Positions 11,601 to 21,037 are shown, counted from the first letter of the stretch. The stretch: 47,809 nt of DNA from Candidatus Nomurabacteria bacterium (GCA_029288725.1 JARIGS010000024.1:1-47809), one strand, 5' to 3'. Numbers and translations are program-made. The notes: generated by a model from the sequence alone, not told the origin.

Positions 11601-12266
11601 GGAAAAGCACTTACCGCGGCAATGCGCGCCGAATACGCAGAGGATCTTCGTCAGAAATCTTTCTGGCTTGAAGATGGTAAACCTCGGTATCTCCCAGGTA
11701 GCTTAGGAGCTGCAACAGCAGCAGCTCTCACCGCTGTTCTTCCTGGTTTTGGAGCACTTATCGGTCTGGCTGTTCTTAAAAACATGACTGGCGGTCTTAT
11801 TGATAATAAGTTCGGCACCATTGATAGTAAGGCTACTAAGAAAATCGTTGACGGCTTTAAGTCATCACAAGGAAAAGGAAACAAGGAGGCACGACTTTCA
11901 ACGGAACTTGATGAGATTAATAATCAAATTAAAAAATCAGTGGAGGTACATTTTGGCAGCAATGCACCAAAGGGAGACGCTGACAGCTGGACTACTGACG
12001 TTATTGAACAAGGACTTGCAGGTCATACATTTGTATTACAAAAAGAAGTAAACGCTATCAGAGCAGAAATTGCCGCCGCTAAAGCAGCAGGAGACGAAAT
12101 ACGAGAACGAGAAAAAGCTGTTGAGGCGCGTGTGAAAGAAAAGCAAATAGAAAAATTGAATAAAATAATCGAGGAAAAGAAGCGGGTGCAAAATGAGTTG
12201 GACAAGGTAAAGGCAGCTAATAAACAAGCTGAGGATAATGAGAGGAATAAAAATAAAGAGAGTTAA
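8658..12266 (+). CDS. Giant polytopic membrane protein, VirB6/TrbL-like core with extracellular N-terminus and coiled-coil C-terminus
   Basis: 1202 aa; central multi-TM block GWKLVRDISNVFF...NALLINFSLFATRVVIDISN...FSPFAF; upstream of PrgI/VirB4; GTG start supported by TACACT 6 nt upstream. Confidence 0.7.
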   Translation: MSARLFRSMKKILSSSFRTALLSAFFLLALFAKVQYASAQVAADAQNDYANYLNLFDDGQSGLSIPSAGDLIQDSTTNAVTGFKVNIDLGFTSNDSDTLKKKWEHVIQTTDQAFVIRACDSANPNNCWINTIPYNTITTTNGSPDLVGTSISPLYQVNTFTKDVYNNPIILSNFSVFSGPTKTGNFNSYRYNYTRDTSGNKDEGTVSAFNGLPLTNVNSVNLTVWYCADSVSNETNGAQAYQKIGNILNDKIATFGTLCKGNSYFRIGDPITITIPATTQGIAAQANTQQTTVSGTTNKDNLPECGVVPGLQNGTINGCAAQLAYGVYWLTAWLAGLFGGLFDFFIGYSLSDASYRFTFAVTGWKLVRDISNVFFIIIMVWTGFSAVFNTSKTSMKSVVPNLIINALLINFSLFATRVVIDISNITARMFYSQMIVCEQVNIDANGNCPPAQAKRSWGGYWPLSEKIIGSFNPQAIFKTSVLQPPSNTGANTTANFNAQNAASASSTNARDYATYFGIVCLIAAFIMVFVTIMFFRVTFLFLGRVIGLYICMIFSPFAFLSRDMPLLSGISTLRWSDWTEELTNYATLGPIFLFFLYIIYIFLSSNFVQQVGFKDPSGSFFGTVLAIVIPMLIIFFLLQAAQKAAEKFSGDIGKRIQQYGERVTGAATGTAFGLATGGAGFLGRNVAGRAMQAYGNSTTGKKVMVDGKEVDETRAMRLAARSATSWSARQQNNFLRWGQTSSWNAGNAGVKVGGKEYTLNTGISKGLGALGVKTNNLAEKLSYVGKDAGKGGILAVDKKRVEDRQKEIENRIKFDHLSDDQAKAVWEQYKQDHINKASATAAEKTWQDHVNEEPAVKSAAENLARIEKENTDLKNERLNLESEETALTKKVAEASTPSEHDRYQNQLTQNKSKQAANRTALAANENNRTTAAAQLDTVRTSTVDDLKKDGKYRQSEAYAKAQEKSTQEEETRLNKYGKIKNGKALTAAMRAEYAEDLRQKSFWLEDGKPRYLPGSLGAATAAALTAVLPGFGALIGLAVLKNMTGGLIDNKFGTIDSKATKKIVDGFKSSQGKGNKEARLSTELDEINNQIKKSVEVHFGSNAPKGDADSWTTDVIEQGLAGHTFVLQKEVNAIRAEIAAAKAAGDEIREREKAVEARVKEKQIEKLNKIIEEKKRVQNELDKVKAANKQAEDNERNKNKES

Positions 12267-12268
12267 GT

Positions 12269-12817
12269 ATGGAAAATACAAATACAACCCTACAAGAGAA
12301 TGAGATCGATAAGGCTTTTGAGAGCTTACCTGAAGAAGTTCAGGACTTTCTTAGCAGCCCTTTATTTGAAGCCATCATACTTGCAATACAAGAAAACTTA
12401 TCACTTACCGATAATCAAAGGGATATTGTAAAATATATTGCTTATGAGCTTTTAATGAAAACAATGACTCCTGAAGAGGGCCTTGAATTGCTAAAAAACA
12501 ATGGGCTTACCGAGGATAGCGCTATAAAAACAATGTATGCTCTTGATAGTGAAGTACTAATCCGGGCAGCAAACATCACTGAGTTCTACACCGATGAAGT
12601 AGAAGTTGGGCTAGAAGACGGATCAACAAACGTACCGTCACCCGATATGAAAAATCTCTCTCTTGCTAGTCTAGCCGATCGTCTCAAGCAAGCCTCTATC
12701 GCTGCGCCGGCAAATCGTTCAGAGTATGGATTGAACAAGCCGGTCAGTCCGACTCCGGCAGTCGAAACTAGCTCTCCTGCTATTGACCCATATCACGAAC
12801 CAATAGACAATGAGTAG
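12269..12817 (+). CDS. Acidic hypothetical protein with C-terminal DPYHEPID tail
   Basis: 182-aa ORF tightly spaced (2 nt) with both neighbours. Confidence 0.75.
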   Translation: MENTNTTLQENEIDKAFESLPEEVQDFLSSPLFEAIILAIQENLSLTDNQRDIVKYIAYELLMKTMTPEEGLELLKNNGLTEDSAIKTMYALDSEVLIRAANITEFYTDEVEVGLEDGSTNVPSPDMKNLSLASLADRLKQASIAAPANRSEYGLNKPVSPTPAVETSSPAIDPYHEPIDNE

Positions 12818-12819
12818 AC

Positions 12820-13215
12820 ATGCAATTCAAAGTGCCACAATTTATCGATATCGAGGATAAGGTATTTGGTCCACTAACCTTTAAGCAGTTTGCCTACCTG
12901 GCCGGGGGAGCGGGCTTTGGTTACTTATCATTCAAATTCCTCCCGACAATTGTCGCGCTTTTCTTGGGACCGGCGATTGTTGCATTTGCTGTTGCCTTGG
13001 CATTCATGACTTACAATGACAAGCCTTTCATTCACGTCGTCGAATCATTTATAAAATTCTACACTCGATCCCGCCTCTATCTCTGGCACAAGCAGGTTCC
13101 TCAGGCAATGCCGACCCAGCGTCCTCAGGCGTCTAGCAATGACCGTGGTACACTTACAGAGAGCAAGCTGAAAACCCTTTCCTGGAGCTTGGACGTCATT
13201 GGAAATAAAAAATAA
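12820..13215 (+). CDS. PrgI-family (VirB3-like) membrane protein
   Basis: MQFKVPQFIDIEDKVFGPLTFKQF N-terminus plus two TMs. Confidence 0.88.
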   Translation: MQFKVPQFIDIEDKVFGPLTFKQFAYLAGGAGFGYLSFKFLPTIVALFLGPAIVAFAVALAFMTYNDKPFIHVVESFIKFYTRSRLYLWHKQVPQAMPTQRPQASSNDRGTLTESKLKTLSWSLDVIGNKK

Positions 13216-13216
13216 C

Positions 13217-13858
13217 ATGGCTACCCCTATTGGCACCCCTGCCCAACAATTTGTCCCCGTACAGGAAGTACGCGATGGTATCGTAGTAATGAAAGACGGT
13301 AGTCTTTGCACGGTAGTGCTTGTTTCCTCCATCAACCTCAGCCTGAAATCGTATGATGAGCAAAAGGCGACATTACAACAGTTTCAAAACTTCCTCAATA
13401 CTATTGATTTTCCAATTCAAATCGTCGTGCAATCCCGCAAGTACGATATTCGTCCCTATATTTTGACACTTGAAAACCGCCTCAAGGAGCAAACAGAGCA
13501 GCTTTTGCAGGTCCAGACCAAGGAATACATCCAATTCATTGAAACATTTACCGAACAGGTCAATGTCATGCGCAAGTCATTCTTTGTTGTTATTCCTTAT
13601 ATTCCACCGGTATTGACCAAAAAGAGTGGCATTGGAAAATACCTTTCATTCCTCACACCCTCACGCGCTACCGGCAATGAAACCGTCAGCGACTTTGAAG
13701 AGGAGCGCACCCAGCTCGAAGAGCGTGTCAGCGTGGTAGAACAGGGACTAACAGGGGTAGGGTTGCGCCTCGTACAACTTGGCACTCAGGAAGTAATAGA
13801 AGTGTTGTACAAAACATTCAACCCTGGCGAGACTACCGGTCAGCAAACCAACCAATAA
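13217..13858 (+). CDS. TraC/VirB4 N-terminal-like protein
   Basis: VSSINLSLKSYDEQ...FQNFLNTIDFPIQIVVQSRK; lies between PrgI and VirB4 ATPase. Confidence 0.72.
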   Translation: MATPIGTPAQQFVPVQEVRDGIVVMKDGSLCTVVLVSSINLSLKSYDEQKATLQQFQNFLNTIDFPIQIVVQSRKYDIRPYILTLENRLKEQTEQLLQVQTKEYIQFIETFTEQVNVMRKSFFVVIPYIPPVLTKKSGIGKYLSFLTPSRATGNETVSDFEEERTQLEERVSVVEQGLTGVGLRLVQLGTQEVIEVLYKTFNPGETTGQQTNQ

Positions 13859-13888
13859 TACCTTATCTGGTGTATACTAAAGCCATAC

Positions 13889-15712
13889 ATGGCACTGTTT
13901 TCCTCCAAACAATCATCCACCAAGACTGACCGTCTGTTGCCAATTTCTGCAGCAGATGTTCAAGAGTGGGAAAGCATGGAATTGTCTGACAAGATCGCTC
14001 CATCGGCAATTGAAATCACTCCGAAATCGATGCGCATCGGCGATAAGATCGTGCGCACTTTTTTCGTCATTTCATACCCTCGTTATCTCAGCGATAACTG
14101 GCTGACCCCCATTATCAATCTCGACAAGATTTTTGACATTGCCATTTACGTCAACCCAATAGAGACGGCAGAATTGCTGAAGCATTTCCAAAAGAAAATT
14201 GCCGAAGTCGAAAGCCAGATCATCGTTCGCCAGCAAAAGGGTCTCGTCCGCGACCCAGTCCTTGATACTGCCCGAGAAGACTTGGAGGAACTGCGCGACA
14301 ACCTTACCCAGGCCCAGGAAAAAATGTTCGATGTCGGCATGTATATCACCATTTATGCTGATAGTGATACAGACTTGTTCAGAACGGAAAGTGAGATCAA
14401 GTCTATGCTTGAATCCAAGCTTATTTACCTCAAGCCATCACTGTTCCAGGAAGAAGACGGTTTCAAGACAGTTGCCCCATTAGGTTCTGACAAGCTCCAA
14501 GTCACTCAAAAGCTCAATTCAGAGCCTATTTCAAGCATGTTTCCTTTTGTGTCATTTGACCTAACGAGCGAAACCGGCATTCTTTACGGCGTGAACCGTC
14601 ACAACTCAAGCTTGGTTATTTTTGACCGCTTCAGTCTCGAAAACTACAATTCCATTATTTTTGCAAAGTCCGGTTCTGGTAAAAGTTATGCTACCAAACT
14701 AGAGATCATTCGTACGCTTATGTTCGATACAGAGGTGATCGTTATTGACCCGGAACGAGAATACGAATACCTAGCAGAGGCTGTCGGCGGGAGATACTTC
14801 AATATCTCACTGTCTTCAGATCACCATATCAATCCATTCGATTTGCCTATTCCGCGCGAGGATGAATCAGCGGCAGACGTATTGCGCAGCAATATCATCA
14901 ACCTTGTGGGACTATTCCGCATCATGCTTGGTGGTCTTACCCCTGAGGAAGATTCTGTCATCGACCGTGCCATTACTGAGACGTATTCATTGAAGGATAT
15001 TTCGGCTGACTCTGACTTCGCGAATATCGAACCGCCATTGCTCTCTGACTTTGAAATGGTGCTGACCGGTATGGAGGGGACTGACTCGATCCTTCAGCGT
15101 CTTACGAAATACACCCATGGTTCATGGGCAAGCTTCATCAACCAGCCAACCAATGTTGATATCAATAAAAAGTTCGTGGTCTTTTCTGTCCGCGACATGG
15201 AGGATGACTTGAAGCCGGCCGCAATGTATATAGTGACGCACTTTATCTGGAATGCAGTCCGCAAGGAGCTTCGCAAGCGCCTACTGGTGGTGGATGAGGC
15301 ATGGTGGATGATGAAATCAGACGATACCGCATCATTCCTGTATTCTATTGCCAAGCGTGGCCGTAAGTATTACCTTGGTCTCTGCACTATCACTCAGGAC
15401 GTTGGTGACTTCATGAAAAGCCCGTATGGTGTACCAATTGTGACCAACTCTTCTATTCAGCTACTCTTAAAACAGTCGCCTTCAACGATTGATATCCTGC
15501 AAAAGACATTTAACCTCACTGACGAGGAAAAATACCTGCTACTTGAATCAGGGGTAGGGGAAGGCATATTCTTTGCCGGATTGAAACATGTCGCCATCAA
15601 GATTATTGCCTCCTATACGGAGGATCAGATCATTACCTCCGACCCATCACAAGTTATTTCCATTAAAAAGGCCAAGCAGGAATTGGCAGAGGGACAGGCA
15701 GGGAATCAATAG
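13889..15712 (+). CDS. VirB4-like (DUF87/TraC) ATPase
   Basis: Walker A AKSGSGKS, VIDPEREY, HHINPFD, Walker B LLVVDEAW, KRGRKY...ITQDV. Confidence 0.92.
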   Translation: MALFSSKQSSTKTDRLLPISAADVQEWESMELSDKIAPSAIEITPKSMRIGDKIVRTFFVISYPRYLSDNWLTPIINLDKIFDIAIYVNPIETAELLKHFQKKIAEVESQIIVRQQKGLVRDPVLDTAREDLEELRDNLTQAQEKMFDVGMYITIYADSDTDLFRTESEIKSMLESKLIYLKPSLFQEEDGFKTVAPLGSDKLQVTQKLNSEPISSMFPFVSFDLTSETGILYGVNRHNSSLVIFDRFSLENYNSIIFAKSGSGKSYATKLEIIRTLMFDTEVIVIDPEREYEYLAEAVGGRYFNISLSSDHHINPFDLPIPREDESAADVLRSNIINLVGLFRIMLGGLTPEEDSVIDRAITETYSLKDISADSDFANIEPPLLSDFEMVLTGMEGTDSILQRLTKYTHGSWASFINQPTNVDINKKFVVFSVRDMEDDLKPAAMYIVTHFIWNAVRKELRKRLLVVDEAWWMMKSDDTASFLYSIAKRGRKYYLGLCTITQDVGDFMKSPYGVPIVTNSSIQLLLKQSPSTIDILQKTFNLTDEEKYLLLESGVGEGIFFAGLKHVAIKIIASYTEDQIITSDPSQVISIKKAKQELAEGQAGNQ

Positions 15713-15733
15713 TGTTGTATACTATATACAACA

Positions 15734-16693
15734 ATGAAACGAATACTCTCCATCGCTATAGGCGCACTATTGCTCTCAGGCATCGCTCTTGTTGCGGCGC
15801 ATGCCCAACTTGCGACGGCCGACCTTAGTCTCTCTACTGTTCCATTAGACCCTCAGCCACTGCAGTCAGTACAGATCCGTCTCCAAAGTTTTGGCTTTGA
15901 CCTCAGTCAGGCAACTATTACATGGAATTACAACGGCACTCCTATTGCATCAGGTACAGGAAGAACGACTGTTACCGTCACCGCACCCGCCAACGGCCAA
16001 GTGGGTACTGTCTCAGCAACAGCGAGCAGTACTGATTTTTCATCAACAACCGCTACCTTATTGCTCCGTCCCGCCAGTGTCGACGTGATCTGGGAAGGAG
16101 CAGACAGTTACACGCCGCCGTTTTATAAAGGCCGTGCCCTTCCAGCCAATAACGGCCTAATCCGTGTTACTGCTATTCCTGCCATTAGTGCTCCCCGCGG
16201 GCTGACCTATACCTGGTCAGAAAATAGCTCAGTATTGCAGAATAGTTCCGGCTATAACAAAAACAGCATCGTATTTCAAAATGATACGCTCAATACCTTG
16301 GAAAACATTGGCGTAACTGCAACAAGTACTAATTTTTCTGGTAATGGGTCAGTGAGCATAGCGCCCGTAAAACCTACGGTCGTTGGATATTTCAATACTG
16401 ATGGCTATATTGATTATGCCAATGGTTCTACTGATAGTTTAAGTACCGCTGATACAGGCACGATCGTCCATTTCGAACCGTACTTCTTTTCCACACCGCT
16501 AAGCATTTCGCACGACCTAACCTTTGCCTATACCGATAGCAGTGGCAATAATATAGAAACTGGCGACACGCAAAATGAACTGCGTCTTTCTCGCCCCGAT
16601 GGGGGAGGACAGTCACAATTTACCCTTGTTATCAATACGATTATGTACAGCCTGCAGAACCTTTCCCGCAAGTTTTCAGTCAATTTCAATTAA
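15734..16693 (+). CDS. Secreted beta-rich (Ig-like) hypothetical protein
   Basis: Signal peptide AHA-Q; WEGADSYTPPFYKGRALP motif; 319 aa. Confidence 0.72.
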   Translation: MKRILSIAIGALLLSGIALVAAHAQLATADLSLSTVPLDPQPLQSVQIRLQSFGFDLSQATITWNYNGTPIASGTGRTTVTVTAPANGQVGTVSATASSTDFSSTTATLLLRPASVDVIWEGADSYTPPFYKGRALPANNGLIRVTAIPAISAPRGLTYTWSENSSVLQNSSGYNKNSIVFQNDTLNTLENIGVTATSTNFSGNGSVSIAPVKPTVVGYFNTDGYIDYANGSTDSLSTADTGTIVHFEPYFFSTPLSISHDLTFAYTDSSGNNIETGDTQNELRLSRPDGGGQSQFTLVINTIMYSLQNLSRKFSVNFN

Positions 16694-16714
16694 TATTCGT
16701 GATACACTACTACT

Positions 16715-18442
16715 ATGAAAAAGCTTCTATGGCTCACGGCACTGCTCGGACTTTTCTTCGTATTTCCTCATACTGCATTAGCAGGTAGCGTATACAATTT
16801 TGCTGGCACCTATCCAGCAACCATTACCGTAACTTCAGCAACCTCAGCCAATGTCGCGATTACAGTACCGGGAAGTAGTACTAATAAAAAAGTACTGGCA
16901 TGCATTATCGAAAAATCAAAAATAACCTCTGCAAACTGTGGGTCTGATGCACCTATAGTAAATACTATTTTTAATAAAGAAATACAAAGTCAGAAAAAAG
17001 ATACTGTCCTTTCCTTCAAGCTGAGCAATTTGTCAACATCAAAAACATATGACCTTTTTATTACCGATGATGCAGACCCTACAAAGTATCTATTGCATGA
17101 ATTTACCACTGCCTCCACCGCTTCAAATTACACAGACACTCCAACAACAATGACCGCCAAAGATGGTGATGACATTATCGTTTCCACCACCATTGATCCG
17201 TCGAAATACTCTAATTATCAGGATTTTTCTGCCTCACTTATATATTCAAGATCAAATGACCTTAGTAGCCCCATTAATGGAGGTGCAATTAGTGGAAAGC
17301 AGAGCAGTGATCCAAATAGTGCCGTTGGGGCAAATGCAACAAACACCCCCGGAACTTTCTTTTGGAGACTTAAAAATCTAAGTCCTAGCACTATTTACTA
17401 CTATCAAATAACCGTTACACCTCCTGGAGGAACGGGGATTAAAAGCACCATCAATAACTTCAACAGCTCGAGCGGTGTCACCATCGCTCCTGGCAGTGAC
17501 GCTGCTCAGGCAGACCTTAACCAGCGAAGTTATACCTTATTACTAGATCCTACAAAAAAAACAATTTTGCCCGATCCTGATCTGTGTGCTCAGGAGCGTG
17601 CTGCCGGACAACATCCACAGTTCTGTGATATGAATGATGTTCTTAACTATGCATTGAAACTCATGATTGGTTTATCGGCAGTATTTCTGGTATTCCGTTT
17701 AATGTTTGAAGGGTACAAGTACATGGTCAGTGACGTACCATTCCTGAAAGCCAGTGCGAAATCAGGGTTCTTTACCGCCCTTACAGGCCTCCTGCTCGCA
17801 ATGTCTTCATATTTAATTCTTAATACTATTAATCCAAAATTGGTCAGCAATACCATCAATGTTAGCCAGCTAAGTATTAGTGTAGATGGTGATGCTAATA
17901 CTCCGACAACATTCGTTCCTAATGGACAAATGCCTACCGGAGTAATATGCCCTAGCAGCGGAAGATCCGCTTCAGTGGCAGGAGTAGCGCAAAGTTTCGT
18001 AGGAAAAGTTACCTATAAGTATGGCGGAAAAAGTGCCGCTGCTCAATCTGACGGCAAAGCAGCTCTTGATTGTTCCGCGTGGACAAACACAGTACTGAAA
18101 TGTTCAGGTTTCACTACGCCAGGAGATTATAAAAATAGCGGTTCTGCCGATATTTTTTCAGGAGCAGAACAGGTAGATATGTCTAAAAATTTTACCACCA
18201 GCGGTAGTGACGTGCTGATTAATGGTAAGAAGTTAAATCCGGGAGATTTAGTAGGATGGCCACAGACAAGTACCTATGGACATGTTATTTTGTATGTTGG
18301 CAATAAAACATTTATGGATTCACATTCAGGTGGTGGCAGCGGTGGTGCAATAGGAACATATTCTGCGGCGCAAATACAAAAACTATTTGGCGGATCAAGT
18401 CCTTCAAAAACCATTACGGCAGTAAAAAGAATACCTTTATAG
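16715..18442 (+). CDS. FN3-like / T4SS-pilin (VirB2-like) / NlpC-P60 peptidase fusion protein
   Basis: Signal peptide; LKNLSPSTIYYYQI (FN3-like); two-TM pilin segment ending SYLILNTINPKLV; C-terminal YKYGG...LDCSAW...GDLV...GHVILYVG...DSH. Confidence 0.8.
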   Translation: MKKLLWLTALLGLFFVFPHTALAGSVYNFAGTYPATITVTSATSANVAITVPGSSTNKKVLACIIEKSKITSANCGSDAPIVNTIFNKEIQSQKKDTVLSFKLSNLSTSKTYDLFITDDADPTKYLLHEFTTASTASNYTDTPTTMTAKDGDDIIVSTTIDPSKYSNYQDFSASLIYSRSNDLSSPINGGAISGKQSSDPNSAVGANATNTPGTFFWRLKNLSPSTIYYYQITVTPPGGTGIKSTINNFNSSSGVTIAPGSDAAQADLNQRSYTLLLDPTKKTILPDPDLCAQERAAGQHPQFCDMNDVLNYALKLMIGLSAVFLVFRLMFEGYKYMVSDVPFLKASAKSGFFTALTGLLLAMSSYLILNTINPKLVSNTINVSQLSISVDGDANTPTTFVPNGQMPTGVICPSSGRSASVAGVAQSFVGKVTYKYGGKSAAAQSDGKAALDCSAWTNTVLKCSGFTTPGDYKNSGSADIFSGAEQVDMSKNFTTSGSDVLINGKKLNPGDLVGWPQTSTYGHVILYVGNKTFMDSHSGGGSGGAIGTYSAAQIQKLFGGSSPSKTITAVKRIPL

Positions 18443-18454
18443 TACAATAACTCT

Positions 18455-19717
18455 ATGCGTCGCATTCTAATCATCATTGTCATAGTACTACTCATAGGGG
18501 CAGGGGTATGGTATTTCTATGTCCGTCCACGCCAACAGGCAGGCGTATCGCCGGTACCTAACGTACTGAAGGTCTTTTTTCCAAAAACTACGACTAACAA
18601 TACTGGGGCATTTGGCACCGATACTGACCCCAACGGGGCAGGAAACAATGCCCCTGCTGCAGTTTCACCTTTCAAGCAGCTAACGACTCGCCCCGTAGCC
18701 GGATTCACCATCTTTTCTCTTACTAATACTGTCTCAGTACCAAGCACCGCTTCAAGCACGACAGGACAAGCATCTAAACCAACCGTTCAGACGGTCACCG
18801 ACCACTACCTGCGCTATGTCTCCCGGGTCAATGGATACGTATATGAGATCAAAAATGACAGTGTGCCGCTGCAGATCAGCAATGTATTTATTCCTAATAT
18901 ATACGAGGCATTTTTTGCTGATGGTAATACTACCGCTATCCTTCGCTTTTTGCGTCAGGATAATCACACCATTGCAACATACAGCGTTCCAATTCCCGCA
19001 TTGAATCCTGATGGTACTCGTACTCAAAAATCTGGAACGTATTTGCCTGACAATATTTCCGCATTGGCCATTTCGCCTGACCAAAAACAGATCCTTCGCA
19101 TCACTACCGACCAAAATGGCGCAGTGATTACTAGCTCAAACAGCACGGGCGGGGGGATAAAGACCCTGCTTCGCTCTCCATTTGAACAATGGTTGCCACA
19201 ATGGACAAGTTCTAATGTATTTCTCCAAACAAAAGCGGCCTCTGTAGCAAATGGTTTTCTATACAACATCGACCAGACTACGGCTCGTTTGCGACGAGTA
19301 GTGGGAAATGTAGCGGGACTCACTACGTCAGTCAGCCCTAAGGGTACATATGTGCTCTATTCCCAAAGTACTGCTAATGGATTTACTACCAGTAGTTTCA
19401 ATACCAAAACAAACGTTACCAACAGCATCAGTCTTAGTATTTTGCCTGAAAAATGCACCTGGCTACAGAATGAAGACCTGATCTGTGCAGGAAACAATAC
19501 TGTTGCAGCGGGAACTTATCCTGATGCCTGGTATGCTGGCACAACTCATTTCTCAGACCAGCTCTATCACATCGCTACTGCCTCAAATACTTACAGCGTG
19601 CTCTTTGACGGTCAAAACCAAAACTTCGACATGACCAATCTTCAGGCAGACGAATCACAAGGATTACTCTATTTCATCGACAAGAATACGGGGTTGCTGT
19701 GGCAGTACAAATACTAA
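18455..19717 (+). CDS. Membrane-anchored protein with probable beta-propeller
   Basis: N-terminal TM; ALAISPDQKQI and SVSPKGTYVLY propeller-like blades. Confidence 0.7.
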   Translation: MRRILIIIVIVLLIGAGVWYFYVRPRQQAGVSPVPNVLKVFFPKTTTNNTGAFGTDTDPNGAGNNAPAAVSPFKQLTTRPVAGFTIFSLTNTVSVPSTASSTTGQASKPTVQTVTDHYLRYVSRVNGYVYEIKNDSVPLQISNVFIPNIYEAFFADGNTTAILRFLRQDNHTIATYSVPIPALNPDGTRTQKSGTYLPDNISALAISPDQKQILRITTDQNGAVITSSNSTGGGIKTLLRSPFEQWLPQWTSSNVFLQTKAASVANGFLYNIDQTTARLRRVVGNVAGLTTSVSPKGTYVLYSQSTANGFTTSSFNTKTNVTNSISLSILPEKCTWLQNEDLICAGNNTVAAGTYPDAWYAGTTHFSDQLYHIATASNTYSVLFDGQNQNFDMTNLQADESQGLLYFIDKNTGLLWQYKY

Positions 19718-20437
19718 CTATTGAGCAATCATTTTGCTTCGCACGGTCTTTCGTAGGTAGAGTTCCTGCAAGATAGAGAAGAGATTTGCCACCGTCCAAT
19801 ACAGTGATACGGCAGAGGCAAGACGGCTCGCGATAAAGATAATAAGGATAGGGAGGACGTATTTGGTTTGTACGGCCAATGATTGGGCGAACTGAGCCTG
19901 CATATTAGTATCACCACTGCGTCCTGGAGGGGTAGGCTGAGGGGCAAGAAAGGCCTGAATAGCCTGTGTAATACCAGCAAGCAGTGCCAGAGGGAAAAAT
20001 GGCTTAGTAATATCAATAAGCCCGAGGAAGGTATTTTTAAGATTGTCAGTACTAAGGAAACTGTAGAGGTGTTGTGGCTGCACGACACCATGTGAGAATG
20101 AGAAATATAATGCAAAAAGGATAGGAAGCTGGATGATCAAATAAAGACAGCCAGAAAATGGATTAATCTTTTCTTCCTTATAAAGGGCAAACGTAGCCTG
20201 AGCTTCCTCTTCCTTGGAAAGGCCTTTATTCTTAATCTCCTGAAGCTTTGGCTCCAAGGCACGCATTTTGTATTGTCCAACGATGCTTTTCTTACTAAGC
20301 GGAAACAATACCAAGCGGATGATGATGGTAAGAACAATCACCGCCAAACCAACATCCTGGGCAGTAATGTGCTGGGCGATAAATATGAGAGCGTTATAAA
20401 TTGGCTGGTAAATGACAATATTCCAAAGTGTTTGCAT
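19718..20437 (-). CDS. yidC: Membrane protein insertase YidC (short form without periplasmic domain)
   Basis: GLAVIVLTIIIRLVLFPL, LYKEEKINPFSGC, QLPILFALY and SLYWTVANLFSILQE motifs; rnpA-rpmH context. Confidence 0.95.
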   Translation of the reverse strand: MQTLWNIVIYQPIYNALIFIAQHITAQDVGLAVIVLTIIIRLVLFPLSKKSIVGQYKMRALEPKLQEIKNKGLSKEEEAQATFALYKEEKINPFSGCLYLIIQLPILFALYFSFSHGVVQPQHLYSFLSTDNLKNTFLGLIDITKPFFPLALLAGITQAIQAFLAPQPTPPGRSGDTNMQAQFAQSLAVQTKYVLPILIIFIASRLASAVSLYWTVANLFSILQELYLRKTVRSKMIAQ

Positions 20438-20454
20438 TCGTTGAGTATAGCACG

Positions 20455-20721
20455 CTAAGGAAGATCCACCTGTGGGTCATTGCCAGGATGGCAGCGTCCG
20501 ATCCGATCAAGAGTTTTATGAAAAGCCTTAAAAAATCCATATTTTTCAAACGTTTCTATGGCATACGCAGAGCACGTAGGGTAAAAAATACAGGTTGGAC
20601 GGCTGTATCCTGGCAAAAATCGCAATATTCCGACAGTAGGGGAAAATATCAGGCGATATACCTGAATAAGCCCTATTGCTATATAGTTGGGTATTCTAAC
20701 GACTTTTTTCCAAAAGGGCAT
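20455..20721 (-). CDS. yidD: Membrane protein insertion efficiency factor
   Basis: CIFYPTCSAYA...RIGRCHP motif. Confidence 0.93.
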   Translation of the reverse strand: MPFWKKVVRIPNYIAIGLIQVYRLIFSPTVGILRFLPGYSRPTCIFYPTCSAYAIETFEKYGFFKAFHKTLDRIGRCHPGNDPQVDLP

Positions 20722-21034
20722 AAAAATTGGCCTTTATTTCATTAAATGACATACCGTAGATATGTTTTGACACGTATACCATGCCCTGCAACGGCATATT
20801 GTCTTTATTTTTAAGCATATATTGCCGAAAGAGGGAATACAGTTGGCGACGTGCTTTATTGCGTAATACTGCCTTTTTTTGGTTTTTTGAGCCGGTAACG
20901 ACGCTTAAAGCACTGTTAGTGGGGGTTTTTCTATATTTTAGCGTACCGATACGGTTAAAAACGACCTTTGTAGTGGGGTCTGCAAGGAAAATAGTGATTT
21001 GTTGACGGTTGAGCCGCTGGTTTGACGGCAACAT
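20696..21034 (-). CDS. rnpA: RNase P protein component
   Basis: MLPSNQRL, KAVLRNKARR (RNR motif); synteny with rpmH and yidD. Confidence 0.88.
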   Translation of the reverse strand: MLPSNQRLNRQQITIFLADPTTKVVFNRIGTLKYRKTPTNSALSVVTGSKNQKKAVLRNKARRQLYSLFRQYMLKNKDNMPLQGMVYVSKHIYGMSFNEIKANFYALLEKSR

Positions 21035-21037
21035 AGA

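Noticed and set aside
4794..19717. Integrative conjugative element or prophage
   Set aside because: No integrase, relaxase, att repeats or phage genes; genes use the same promoter style as core genes
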